Assembly (NCBI GenBank): GCA_029210745.1
Contig: JARGFI010000007.1
Coordinates: 1,623-65,622 of the forward strand
Direction of reading: 5' to 3'
DNA: 64,000 nt
Origin: Desulfuromonadales bacterium
Lineage (GTDB): Bacteria > Desulfobacterota > Desulfuromonadia > Desulfuromonadales > JAHYIW01
Shown here: piece after piece, positions 31,329-40,600 of the stretch
How the letters are laid out: every line of letters begins with the position of its first letter
Position numbering within the stretch: position 1 is the first letter of the stretch
The notes under the pieces: generated by a model
The model's input: the letters and a program-made list of their open reading frames with translations, nothing else
Told to the model about the DNA's origin: nothing
The model's database searches: none
Program-made: the position numbers and the translations under genes

Positions 31329-32117
31329 TTACTTTTTCCCTGGACGGGTCGCGTAGATTAACAGTTTGCGATCGGTATAACTTTCAACTTCACCGGCAAA
31401 TGTCTCAATTTGAAAGAAATCCTGAATTTTCATCGGTGCCTCAGCGAAGAACCGGTTAAGTTGCTGAGTCGCTTCACGCTTCATTCCCGCGCGTGCCGCC
31501 CATTCGGGAAAATCATGGGTTTTGGGAATGATCCGCGTTTCGTGCAGGATCAGCCCGGAGTCATCGATCATTTTAACCCACTCATCTCGGGTGTAAGCGC
31601 GGATATGCGTCGGATCGCGCATCTTTTCCATTGTTTGATAGAACTCGACAATCTCGGGGTCTTCCGGCATCAGGGTGTCGATGATCACCATGCGTCCGTC
31701 ACGTCGCAGTACGCGATGAAATTCTTTCAACGCACGCGGCACATCGGGGAAGTGGTGCGGGGCAATGCGGCAGGTCAGTAATGTGAAAGCTCCGGCGGGG
31801 AAGGGCAGGTCCTCGGCATCGGCCTCGCGAAAGGTAACGTTGTCGACGCCACCTTCCTCGGCAACATATTCCTGGGCTTTCTTGAGCATTTGCATGGTCA
31901 AATCGGAGGCCACGACGTTGCGCACCAGCGGTGCGAAGAAGAGGGCCGTGTGTCCGCCACCGCAGGCGATGTCAAGGAGGTTATCATCCAACGTTGGCTG
32001 CAACAGTTCGCGAGCGGCAAGCAGGTCGTCACCGGTGGCAAAACCTTTATTGCGGATATAACTGTCGGCGGACTTGCCGAACTGTTCACGGACTTTATCT
32101 TTAAAGCGCTCACCCAT
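31329..32117 (-). CDS. Class I SAM-dependent methyltransferase
   Basis: LDIACGGG, ADAEDLPF, CRIAPHHF. Confidence 0.9.
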   Translation of the reverse strand: MGERFKDKVREQFGKSADSYIRNKGFATGDDLLAARELLQPTLDDNLLDIACGGGHTALFFAPLVRNVVASDLTMQMLKKAQEYVAEEGGVDNVTFREADAEDLPFPAGAFTLLTCRIAPHHFPDVPRALKEFHRVLRRDGRMVIIDTLMPEDPEIVEFYQTMEKMRDPTHIRAYTRDEWVKMIDDSGLILHETRIIPKTHDFPEWAARAGMKREATQQLNRFFAEAPMKIQDFFQIETFAGEVESYTDRKLLIYATRPGKK

Positions 32118-32458
32118 CAGTTACTCCCCGGTTTTTTGATCAACACTCAATAAGCGATAAAAAGTTCTGTTGTTCAGGCAGTTGTTCGCCTGACGAGGTG
32201 CGTCAATAATTCAGGACAGTATAGCAACCAAATAGAAAAATGTTTGTCAAAGTATGATGCACTCGCAAAAAATAACCAGCTGGCGATGCCATCAAGTATG
32301 GGCCTTATATTTTGAAAGGGCAAGAAAGAGTGGAAAAGTTCAGAAAAAACAGTATTTTGACTCAATCCTATGCGGTCAGTATTTTTTGTCTTATCCTGTC
32401 ATTGTTGTAACGGTATTTTTTTGTGTTTAATTGCCAGGCGGCGCGGTGAAAGTCGACA

Positions 32459-32474
32459 TGGTATAGCCTTTGCT
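32459..32474 (+). promoter_or_regulatory. Putative sigma54 (-24/-12) promoter of the permease
   Basis: TGGTATAGCCTTTGCT = GG-N10-GC with TTGC; long AT-rich upstream region. Confidence 0.6.
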
Positions 32475-32595
32475 AGTTAGCGACCAGTCGGACAGCGTGT
32501 TTAATGATGACGCTGTTTTGTTGATCGGTTGGGCGAAAAATTGTCTGGCGGATGCTTCGCACGACAAATTTTAATCAAATGAGGCCTCACATCTT

Positions 32596-33588
32596 ATGGA
32601 ATCTGTACTCAGTCTGTTGGCTGAACTTGGCGCGGAACTGCTGCGCGAGTTTTTGTATATCCTGCCTTATCTGGCGTTTGGCGTGTTTCTCGAAGCAGTC
32701 ATCCGGACACTCAAATGGCATGTCAAGATTCGCACAGCGTTAACCCGCTACGGGTTGCTGGCGATACCATTGGCGGCATTGCTCGGGGTGGCCAGCCCGC
32801 TCTGTGCGTGTGCGACCCTGCCGCTGGTTATCTCGCTTCTGGTGGGGGGCTTGCCCCTTGCTCCAGCCATGGCGTTGCTGGTGACGTCACCACTGATGAG
32901 TCCGGCATCGTTTACGATGCTCTCCGGCATGCTCGGGGGGGAGTGGGCGCTAACCGTGGCCGTTTGTGCGGTAGTTCTTGGCCTTTTCGCCGGTTATGTC
33001 ACGCACTTTCTCGGTCGCTACGGGTTCTCCACCGAAGTTGTCTTTCGTCAGGAACTCCCCAAAGGGAACTTTCATGATCCCGCCTATCCGGTGGAAGAGC
33101 TGCGCTGTGATTGTGGACAGCAACTCTCACATCGCGTCGATCGCTGCACCCATAACAAGTTTCTGGTCTTTGGCGCGCGGTTCTGGGAAGGCAGCCTCAA
33201 AATCGGCAAGTTTGCACTGATCGGCCTGGTGATTGAGGTGGTGGCGATGAAGTTTATCCCCAATGGCTGGATTACCGGGCTACTGGAGGGGGAGGGGATT
33301 GCACCGATTTTTACCCTGACGCTGGCAGCGATACCGTTGCATCTGCCGCAGGTCACCGCAGCTTCCATGGTGTACGGTTTTTACCTCCCCGATCCGGGGC
33401 AAACAATCCCCCTTGCGGCCGGGCCGGGAATTGCGATGCTGGTCGGTGGCCCGGTGACGGCGTTACCGGTGATGGCGGTCTTTATCTCGATGTTCAAACC
33501 ACGGGTTCTGGCTTTGTATATCACCCTCTGTGTCGGGGGAACGATTTCACTGGCGTTGCTATGGCGTCTGGTGTCGCCACTGGTGTGA
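32596..33588 (+). CDS. ArsP/DUF318 family permease
   Basis: PLCACATLP, TSPLMSP, about 8 TMs, central Cys/His loop. Confidence 0.85.
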   Translation: MESVLSLLAELGAELLREFLYILPYLAFGVFLEAVIRTLKWHVKIRTALTRYGLLAIPLAALLGVASPLCACATLPLVISLLVGGLPLAPAMALLVTSPLMSPASFTMLSGMLGGEWALTVAVCAVVLGLFAGYVTHFLGRYGFSTEVVFRQELPKGNFHDPAYPVEELRCDCGQQLSHRVDRCTHNKFLVFGARFWEGSLKIGKFALIGLVIEVVAMKFIPNGWITGLLEGEGIAPIFTLTLAAIPLHLPQVTAASMVYGFYLPDPGQTIPLAAGPGIAMLVGGPVTALPVMAVFISMFKPRVLALYITLCVGGTISLALLWRLVSPLV

Positions 33589-33630
33589 TGGCGAAGTCCT
33601 GAATTGATGATCAAGGTGAGAACAGGCCGT

Positions 33631-34674
33631 TCAGGTCATCTTGATGAGCAACCGCCCCGGTTCCGCGTTCGTGACTGCGCCGATGCCCCAGCAGCCGGTC
33701 TCTCTCGCCGTCAACTCAGCACATAATGGCGCAGCTTTCTCCGGCGCAACCGCGATCAGCAAGCCGCCGGAGGTTTGCGGGTCGCTGATGATGTCGAGGA
33801 TATCGGGCGCGATGCGGTCGGCATCGATCACTTTCCCCAGATAGTAATCACGATTATTGTAGCCACCCGCCGGGATCATGCCGATCGCCGCCATCTCCCG
33901 GACCTGCGGATAGACCGGTAGCGCGGCGCCGTCAAGCGTCAGGCCGACATTGCTGGCCAGAGCAAGTTCCAGTGCGTGGCCGAGGAGGCCGAAGCCGGTG
34001 ATGTCGGTGCAGGCATGAACCCCGATCGTCAGCATCGCCTCGGCGGCGGCGCGGTTGAGGGTATTCATCCCGGCAATCGCGGCACTGATGTCGGTTGCGG
34101 TGAGAATCTCCCCCTTGAGGGCAGTGGCGAGGATGCCGGTGCCGAGGGGCTTGGTGAGAATCAGCTGATCTCCCGGTTGCGCCCCGACCGTTGAAATCAG
34201 GTGCGCCGGGTTGACCAGTCCGGTCACCGCCAGCCCGTACTTCGGTTCGTCATCCTCGACCGTATGCCCACCGACGATGGTGGCCCCGGCATCATGGCAG
34301 GCGTCCGCCCCGCCGCGCAGAATCTCGACCAGAAGCGATCGGTCGAGGCACTTGGGAAAGCCGATCAGGTTGAGTGCGGTCAAGGGACGCGCACCCATGG
34401 CGTAGAGGTCAGAAAGCGCATTGGCGGCGGCGATGCGCCCGAACAGATAAGGGTCATCGACAATCGGCGTGAAAAAATCGACCGACTGCACCAGCGCGAG
34501 GTCGGCGGCAATACGATAGACCCCGGCATCGGCGGAGGGGATCGCGGCACTGAGGAAATTTTCATCCGGATAATTTGGTAATTGACGCAGCACCTGCGCC
34601 AACGGCTCAGGAGCCAGTTTGGCGGCTCAACCGCTGGAGCGGGACAGGCTGGTCAGCTTGATATGATCTGCCAC
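33631..34674 (-). CDS. selD: Selenide, water dikinase; selenoprotein (Sec16 encoded by UGA at 34627-34629)
   Basis: GTG 34674 behind GAAAGGAAG gives MADHIKLTSLSRSSG-U-AAKLAPEPL, in frame with DFFTPIVDDP, ANALSD, GGHT, TDITGFGLLGH, DPQTSGGLL. Confidence 0.95.
34582..34602 (-). promoter_or_regulatory. SECIS-like hairpin in selD
   Basis: UUGGCGCAG-GUG-CUGCGUCAA, 9-bp stem (one GU), G-starting loop 33 nt after the UGA. Confidence 0.7.
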
Positions 34675-34707
34675 AGACTTCCTTTCATAAAAGCGTCGCT
34701 TGATTTA

Positions 34708-36612
34708 TTAGTTCAACTGCCACGCCACGCGGACGTCGTCTTGGCGCAGAGTGTACTTTAATTCGTCGAAATGTTCCAGCAATGCCTGGGTCTGTTTGCG
34801 GGCGCTGCCGATCAGGTCGCGAAACTCTGCCAGGGTCAGGGTTTTATGCTGTGAAAAGTGCGCTCGCAGCTGGTTGAGCGCCTGCGCGTAGCTGTCACGA
34901 TGGAGAAAGCTTTCGGCGTTGAGCCGCACCAGCTCTCCCTGGGCAAAGAGGTAGCCGAACAGATCGTCGCACCCGGCCAGCTCCAGTCCCAGGCGTTCGA
35001 GCATCTCCTGGCGATTCTTTGCCTGCATGCCGTCCTCCCGGTAAAGCTGTTCAATCCGATCGATCTGTTCCTGCTGGGCAGGCGTCGGTCGGGGCGTGAA
35101 GTCAGGGAGGGCAATAGTGCCATTGGTCTCACATAATCTTCCGGTTGCGGTCAGGTCATTGAGCAGTTGATCGAAACTCTTCGGCGCCAGCTGTCTGGGC
35201 AGTGAACTTTTCAGGGTTGCGCGGGGAATGCCAGTCAGGAGCGGTTGCCGGTGGTGAAATGCGGCGGTTACATCATGCAGGCGGCGTTGCCAGGCGCGGT
35301 GCGTGGCAACGGTCAGCCATTGTTCACCGAGCTGGACAATGTGGTCCTGAGCGGCGAGTGCCTGGAGATTTTCCTGAATGCGCTCTTGCCCCAGACCGGC
35401 GAGCTGTTCCAGTTCCTTGAGCTTGCAGCAGGTCGCCTGCTCGATTTTCTGGAGCAGAAAGGCCTTCTCGCCAGATTCCAGCTCCTGCAGCGCGTGCATG
35501 ACGTCGGCACGGAAGCGGCGATGTTTGACCGGTCGCGAGTCGAGGACTTTGCCACCGCCGATGGTTGTCATCGGTGAGTAAGAGCGGATGATGAAGTGAT
35601 CTTCACGATGGGCAACCAACGGCCGGTCGAGATGAATCTGGGCGATGGCACTCTCCCCCGGTTGCAACTCATCGCGGTCAAGGAGGGCGACCAGTCCGAC
35701 CACGTGGGCGGTGCCGAGATAAAAGTGCACCGGGTCGCGAAACTTTAGCCGCCGTGGCGCGTTGGCGAGCAAGGTCAGGCGGACATCGATGCGTTCGGTC
35801 TGTTCAAAAATACCGGGGGTGGCGGCGACCGCGCCGCGCTGCAAAAGGGCGCGTTCAACGCCGGTCAGATTCAGGGCGGCGCGCTGTCCGGCGCGGGCGG
35901 CAGGAATTTTTTTGCCGTGGACCTGAACTTCCCTGACGCGGGTTTCGATCCCGCGGGGCAATAATTCCAGCGTGTCGCCAACCTGAACGGTACCGGCGAG
36001 CAGCGTTCCGGTGACGACAGTGCCGAAACCGGGGACGCTGAAATGGCGGTCAATCGGCAGCCGCAACGGCCCCTCATGATCTTTGATTGCCAGTGCCGCG
36101 GCTTCGGTTGCGATCCGAGCCTTGAGTGCAGCGATGCCGTCCCCCGTAATCGCCGAGACCCGCAGCAGTGGGGCGCCTTTCAACAAGGTGGCAGCAACCT
36201 CCTCGCGCACTTCTTCCTCGACAATATCGATCCAGTCCTCCTCGGCGAGATCACATTTGGTCAGTACGATAATGCCGCGTTCGATGTCGAGCAAGTTGAG
36301 GATCTGGAGATGTTCGCGGGTCTGCGGCATCACCCCTTCATTGACGTCGATCACCAGCAGCACCAGATCGATCCCGCCGATACCGGCGAGCATGGTGCTG
36401 ATGAAACGCTCATGACCAGGGACATCGACCACCCCGGCGAGGCTGCCATCCGGCAGGCGAAAGGGGGCGAATCCGAGTTCAATCGAAATGCCGCGTTCTT
36501 TTTCTTCGCGCAGGCGGTCGGTTTCAATCCCGGTCAGGGCGCGGATCAGTTCGGTCTTGCCGTGATCAACATGCCCGGCGGTACCGATAATTAGATGATT
36601 AACAGGATTCAT
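34708..36612 (-). CDS. selB: Selenocysteine-specific elongation factor
   Basis: [32 protein letters not shown]-terminal winged helix (SARK..ALLEHFD); ATG 36612 overlaps the selA stop. Confidence 0.97.
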   Translation of the reverse strand: MNPVNHLIIGTAGHVDHGKTELIRALTGIETDRLREEKERGISIELGFAPFRLPDGSLAGVVDVPGHERFISTMLAGIGGIDLVLLVIDVNEGVMPQTREHLQILNLLDIERGIIVLTKCDLAEEDWIDIVEEEVREEVAATLLKGAPLLRVSAITGDGIAALKARIATEAAALAIKDHEGPLRLPIDRHFSVPGFGTVVTGTLLAGTVQVGDTLELLPRGIETRVREVQVHGKKIPAARAGQRAALNLTGVERALLQRGAVAATPGIFEQTERIDVRLTLLANAPRRLKFRDPVHFYLGTAHVVGLVALLDRDELQPGESAIAQIHLDRPLVAHREDHFIIRSYSPMTTIGGGKVLDSRPVKHRRFRADVMHALQELESGEKAFLLQKIEQATCCKLKELEQLAGLGQERIQENLQALAAQDHIVQLGEQWLTVATHRAWQRRLHDVTAAFHHRQPLLTGIPRATLKSSLPRQLAPKSFDQLLNDLTATGRLCETNGTIALPDFTPRPTPAQQEQIDRIEQLYREDGMQAKNRQEMLERLGLELAGCDDLFGYLFAQGELVRLNAESFLHRDSYAQALNQLRAHFSQHKTLTLAEFRDLIGSARKQTQALLEHFDELKYTLRQDDVRVAWQLN

Positions 36613-38024
36613 TGCGCCGGGGACGGCAGCAATGCTGCGGCGAGAGATGTGACGAGGGCAGGTTCTTCGTCGGGGTGCAGGGTACGCAGGTGGAGCAATA
36701 AGCGCTCGTCGCGGATACAGCCGATGACCGGGGGAGCGGTGTGGCGCAGATGTTTGGCGAGGGTGTCGACCGAGCAATCGGTCGGCGCCACGGCGACGGC
36801 GTAGCCGGGGAGTTCGGTCAGGGGCAGAGCTCCCCCACCGATGGCGGCGCTGGCGGTGATCGTATCGATTCGGGCAGTGGCGCCAAGCGCTGCGGCCAGC
36901 TTGCCGGTGAGTATTGTGGCACGCTGGTGTAATGCCTCCTCCGGCGCGGTGAGCATCCGCAACGTCGGTATCTCACGTGCGGCGCGGTCACGGTCGAGGT
37001 AAAGCATCAGCGTTGCCTCAAGCGCCGCCAGCGTCATTTTGTCGATACGCAAGGCGCGCGCCAGCGGGTGCTGGCGAATCTTGTCGAGCGCCCATTTCTG
37101 GCCGACGATAATCCCCGCCTGCGGGCCGCCGAAGAGTTTGTCGCCACTACAGGTGACGACATCGAGTCCCGTCTTGACGGTGTCCGCGACCGTCGGTTCA
37201 GCGGGCAATCCGTAAGCACTGAGGTCAAAGAGCAGCCCGCTCCCCAGATCTTCCATCACCGGAACTTTGGCTTCGGCGCCGAGCTTGACCAGCTGTGCGC
37301 CGCTGACCTCGGCGGTGAAGCCGACGATGCGGTAGTTGCTGGTGTGGATTTTGAGCAGCAGTCCGGTTTCGGCGTTGAGGGCGTCGCGATAATCTTGCAG
37401 ATGGGTTTTGTTGGTGGTGCCGATTTCGCGCAAACGCACGCCGCTGGCGGCCATGACATCGGGAACCCGGAAGGAACCGCCGATCTCAATCAGTTCGCCG
37501 CGTGAGACCGGCGCTTCTTTCCCCTGTGCCAGTGCCGCCAGCGCCAGCAGCACGGCACCGGCGTTGTTGTTGACGACCGTCGCGGCTTCAGCCCCGGTGA
37601 GGCGACAGAGCAACGCCTCCACATGGCTGTAGCGGTGCCCACGGGAGCCGGTCGCCAGATCATATTCCAGATTCGAATAACTGCGTGAGATCGCGGTTGC
37701 CGCGTTAAGGGCGGCTTCGCACAGTGGTGCGCGGCCGAGATTGGTATGGAGCAGGGTGCCGGTGGCGTTGATCACCGGGCGCAACGAGGGGCGCATTTTC
37801 TGTTGCGCCAGCTGTGCCGCGCGGTGGGCGACGGCGGCAGGAGAAAGGTCGAGCGTCGCTGTCGGCGCATCAAGGAGTTCGCGGCGCAGTTGCGCCACCG
37901 TTTCGCGAGCCGCCTCGGTCAGCAAGAGCGCCGGGCAGTCCTTCGCCAACTCGGTCAGCGGCGAAGTGGCGAGGAGCCGGTCGATGGCGGGAAGATCTTT
38001 TAACCGCTGCTGGGTCAGATTCAT
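36609..38024 (-). CDS. selA: L-seryl-tRNA(Sec) selenium transferase
   Basis: VINATGTLLHTNLGRA, VNNNAGA, SRGELIEIGGSFR, EDLGSG, SGDKLFGGPQAG. Confidence 0.97.
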   Translation of the reverse strand: MNLTQQRLKDLPAIDRLLATSPLTELAKDCPALLLTEAARETVAQLRRELLDAPTATLDLSPAAVAHRAAQLAQQKMRPSLRPVINATGTLLHTNLGRAPLCEAALNAATAISRSYSNLEYDLATGSRGHRYSHVEALLCRLTGAEAATVVNNNAGAVLLALAALAQGKEAPVSRGELIEIGGSFRVPDVMAASGVRLREIGTTNKTHLQDYRDALNAETGLLLKIHTSNYRIVGFTAEVSGAQLVKLGAEAKVPVMEDLGSGLLFDLSAYGLPAEPTVADTVKTGLDVVTCSGDKLFGGPQAGIIVGQKWALDKIRQHPLARALRIDKMTLAALEATLMLYLDRDRAAREIPTLRMLTAPEEALHQRATILTGKLAAALGATARIDTITASAAIGGGALPLTELPGYAVAVAPTDCSVDTLAKHLRHTAPPVIGCIRDERLLLHLRTLHPDEEPALVTSLAAALLPSPAQ

Positions 38025-38087
38025 CGGTCGGGGCTTTCCGGGCTGGCGGGTTAAAGGCAACGCAATGACGGCGTGAAAGTATTCAGG

Positions 38088-38116
38088 AATCTACATGAAA
38101 TGGCAGTGTTTTTCAA
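38088..38116 (-). promoter_or_regulatory. Putative sigma70 promoter of selABD
   Basis: Minus strand TTGAAA-17nt-TAGATT with TG just 5' of the -10. Confidence 0.55.
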
Positions 38117-38301
38117 GCGCCGGTTCAGTGCATGAGTTTTTTGATTTTTCCGGTTCCAGAAGAGTAGCTATGCGCGGGATTTATATCAGGGGAGATTATT
38201 CAGCAGTTGACGACGCGGCAAGGCCATAGTTCAGGGATGCCGCTGAATTGGCGATCACCTGGACGGGATTCGATCCGCTCTTGTCGAGGGCTGCTGTTGA
38301 A

Positions 38302-38604
38302 TCAGCACACGTTTTTAAGCGTGAACAGGGTACCGATAATGTCGCGTGTCTGATCACAGGTGACACGATAAAACACTTCGACGCCGTCGCGGTGTCCTTC
38401 AATGATACCTTTGTTTTTAAGCAGCGCCAGGTGCTGTGAAACCGTTGCCTGAGGCAGTTCCAGACATTCCCATATTTTTTTGACGTTGCAACTTTGTGAC
38501 ATCAAGCCGGCCACAATTTTCAATCTTATCGGGTGACCAAGCACCTTGAGGATTTCCGCCTCGCGATCCAGATTGATCGTCTTGTCAAATTCGACTTCTG
38601 CCAT
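38302..38604 (-). CDS. ArsR/SmtB family regulator with four Cys
   Basis: LKVLGHPIRLKI, QATVSQHLALLK, FYRV; ends in Cys then TGA. Confidence 0.92.
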   Translation of the reverse strand: MAEVEFDKTINLDREAEILKVLGHPIRLKIVAGLMSQSCNVKKIWECLELPQATVSQHLALLKNKGIIEGHRDGVEVFYRVTCDQTRDIIGTLFTLKNVC

Positions 38605-38703
38605 GACATACCTCAATGATTATGATTATTCATATATAGTTAAAAGTTGATTATTATCGAAAGACTAATTCGTGTCGGACGGGGTTGTCAAGTGCAAATT
38701 ATT

Positions 38704-40359
38704 TCAACAGGAAGTTTCCCTGGTAACCGGCAAGGTGAAGCAAACACAGGTGCCGATGCCAGGTTTGCTGGAGATGTTGATCTCTCCGCCATGTTCTTCG
38801 ATAAAGTGTTTGACAATAGTCATCCCCAGTCCGGTGCCGCCGATTGAGGTGTGCAGTGCGCTGCCACGATAAAATTTGTCAAAAACGCGGGCCACCTGCT
38901 CCTCCGTCATGCCGATCCCCTGGTCGTGAACGGCAATCTGACATTGATCTTTGTCACCGGTGCAGACAATGCGAATCGTGCCGCCAGCGGGGGAATATTT
39001 TACCGCATTGCCAAGGATATTTTCCAAAACCTGAATGATCGCTTCGGCGTCGACATCAAGGATCGGGTCGTCAGCAAGCTCGGTTACAAACTGGTGCTGC
39101 GTACTGCTTTTGGCAAAGCCGGGAATGGTGCGATCAAGTAGAAACTGCAACGCGGTGGGCGTTTTTTTCAGGGACAATTTCTCTCCGGCTTCGATGCGGC
39201 TGATATCGAGCAGGTTGTTGACCAGATGTGACAGGCTCTGTGCCTTGTCGTGGATCATGGTGAGAAATTCGTGTTGCTCGTCGCGGGGAAATTCATCGTT
39301 GAGCATGAGTTCGGAAAAACCGATGATTGCCGTCAGCGGGGTGCGAAACTCATGTGCTGCGGTTGAAACGAATTCACTTTTCATACGCTCGATGGTCCGC
39401 TCCCGCGTGACATCGCGCAAGGCAATGACCGTCCCGCCTGATTGGGGGGTAGACCTTGGCAGCAGGGATATTTTTGTTGCCAGAACAGTTTCGTCCTTAT
39501 CCGTACCGATGGAAATATCAACAGACCCCAAAGTTTTTCCTGAGTCAATCAGCTCAAGACAAGCAGGCCAGAGACGATTGCGATGATCAAACAGCTGGTC
39601 CAGTGTTTTTCCCTGACTGGTAAGGGGGATGCGGAGGAGCTCAGCCGCCGCGTGATTCATCAACGCGATCCGACCGTCAAGGTCGGTCACCAGCAGACCA
39701 TCACCCGACGCAGAAAAGATGGCCTTGATGCGTTCCTTGGTTTCATTGGTCGTTTCGAGGGCCTGGCGCAGCGCTTGCTCATTACTGATGCGGGCGGTGA
39801 TATCACTGTAAAGGATAATGACATGGGTTAATTGTTTATTTTTATGATCGTGAATGGCTGTGCCAATGACTTCGTAGCAGCGCCCGTTCAAGGTGACTTC
39901 GTTGCGCTGTTCAACCTGGTCGTTGGCGAGGACGTTTTGCAGGACGCAGACTGGCGGGGAGTCTTTTTCATGACAGACGATCTCATGGCAAAAGGAACCA
40001 ATCAGGGGGAGACCGCCGGGGTTGAAAAATTCGTTGACTTTGTTGTTGCCGGCGACAATCCGGCCGGTCGGATCAACGACCATGATGGCTGCGCCGACCG
40101 CATTGAGAATGGCGTGGATCTCATCATGGGCCAGTGTCAGTCGTTGATTTGTTTCTTCCAGGTGGGCGAGAATATGCTTGAACGATTCGCTGACGATGCC
40201 GATCGGGTCGAGTGATATCAGCGCTTCGTTATCAAGCTCGTCTGGATTAAGGGGCAAGGTGCCGATGGTGTCGAGCAGTTGATCAACTTTTGACCGGATA
40301 TAGTGGTAAGCCCGTTCTTCGACAGGAGAGGGCTGCTGCGGTATAACAGGACTAGTCAT
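38704..40359 (-). CDS. Soluble PAS-PAS histidine kinase
   Basis: No TM; two PAS-like segments (first has CHEIVCH...C); H-box AHEFRTPL, NILGNAVKYS, DQGIG, GTGLG. Confidence 0.9.
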   Translation of the reverse strand: MTSPVIPQQPSPVEERAYHYIRSKVDQLLDTIGTLPLNPDELDNEALISLDPIGIVSESFKHILAHLEETNQRLTLAHDEIHAILNAVGAAIMVVDPTGRIVAGNNKVNEFFNPGGLPLIGSFCHEIVCHEKDSPPVCVLQNVLANDQVEQRNEVTLNGRCYEVIGTAIHDHKNKQLTHVIILYSDITARISNEQALRQALETTNETKERIKAIFSASGDGLLVTDLDGRIALMNHAAAELLRIPLTSQGKTLDQLFDHRNRLWPACLELIDSGKTLGSVDISIGTDKDETVLATKISLLPRSTPQSGGTVIALRDVTRERTIERMKSEFVSTAAHEFRTPLTAIIGFSELMLNDEFPRDEQHEFLTMIHDKAQSLSHLVNNLLDISRIEAGEKLSLKKTPTALQFLLDRTIPGFAKSSTQHQFVTELADDPILDVDAEAIIQVLENILGNAVKYSPAGGTIRIVCTGDKDQCQIAVHDQGIGMTEEQVARVFDKFYRGSALHTSIGGTGLGMTIVKHFIEEHGGEINISSKPGIGTCVCFTLPVTRETSC

Positions 40360-40600
40360 TGTTGCCCTCGACCGTAATTTGATACGTATTGTCCGTTTTG
40401 ACCACTTCACAGTGCAAACCCATGTTGATCACCGCCTGCGGAACCGTGACTGTTGCGTGGCGATTATCGGTAAGGAAGATCAGCACAATACGTCGTTCTT
40501 TGAGCTCACTCTGGCGGAGGTTGATCTCCCGTAGTGCGGTCAGCAGTGTCGATGGGCAGACCTGCCCGCGTAAGTCGAACTCACAGGTTGGAGTGTTCAT
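40352..40600 (-). CDS. TusA/SirA/YeeD family sulfur (selenium) carrier
   Basis: FDLRGQVCP motif, 82 aa. Confidence 0.88.
   Translation of the reverse strand: MNTPTCEFDLRGQVCPSTLLTALREINLRQSELKERRIVLIFLTDNRHATVTVPQAVINMGLHCEVVKTDNTYQITVEGNND

Noticed and set aside
36613-36777. N-terminal extensions in the ORF track for selB (also rdgB, the PAS kinase, ccoG, ccoH, the NtrC regulator)
   Set aside because: They overlap neighbouring genes; family homology begins at downstream starts
38100-38300. Possible tRNA-Sec (selC) next to selA, suggested by a T-loop-like GGATTCGATCC
   Set aside because: No UCA anticodon loop (CTTCAAA) or cloverleaf on either strand; selC is probably elsewhere
38665-38709. 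Kinase ends in TGT-TGA (possible Cys-Sec)
   Set aside because: No SECIS-like hairpin follows; the downstream sequence looks like the arsR promoter (TTGACA) and stops after 12 codons
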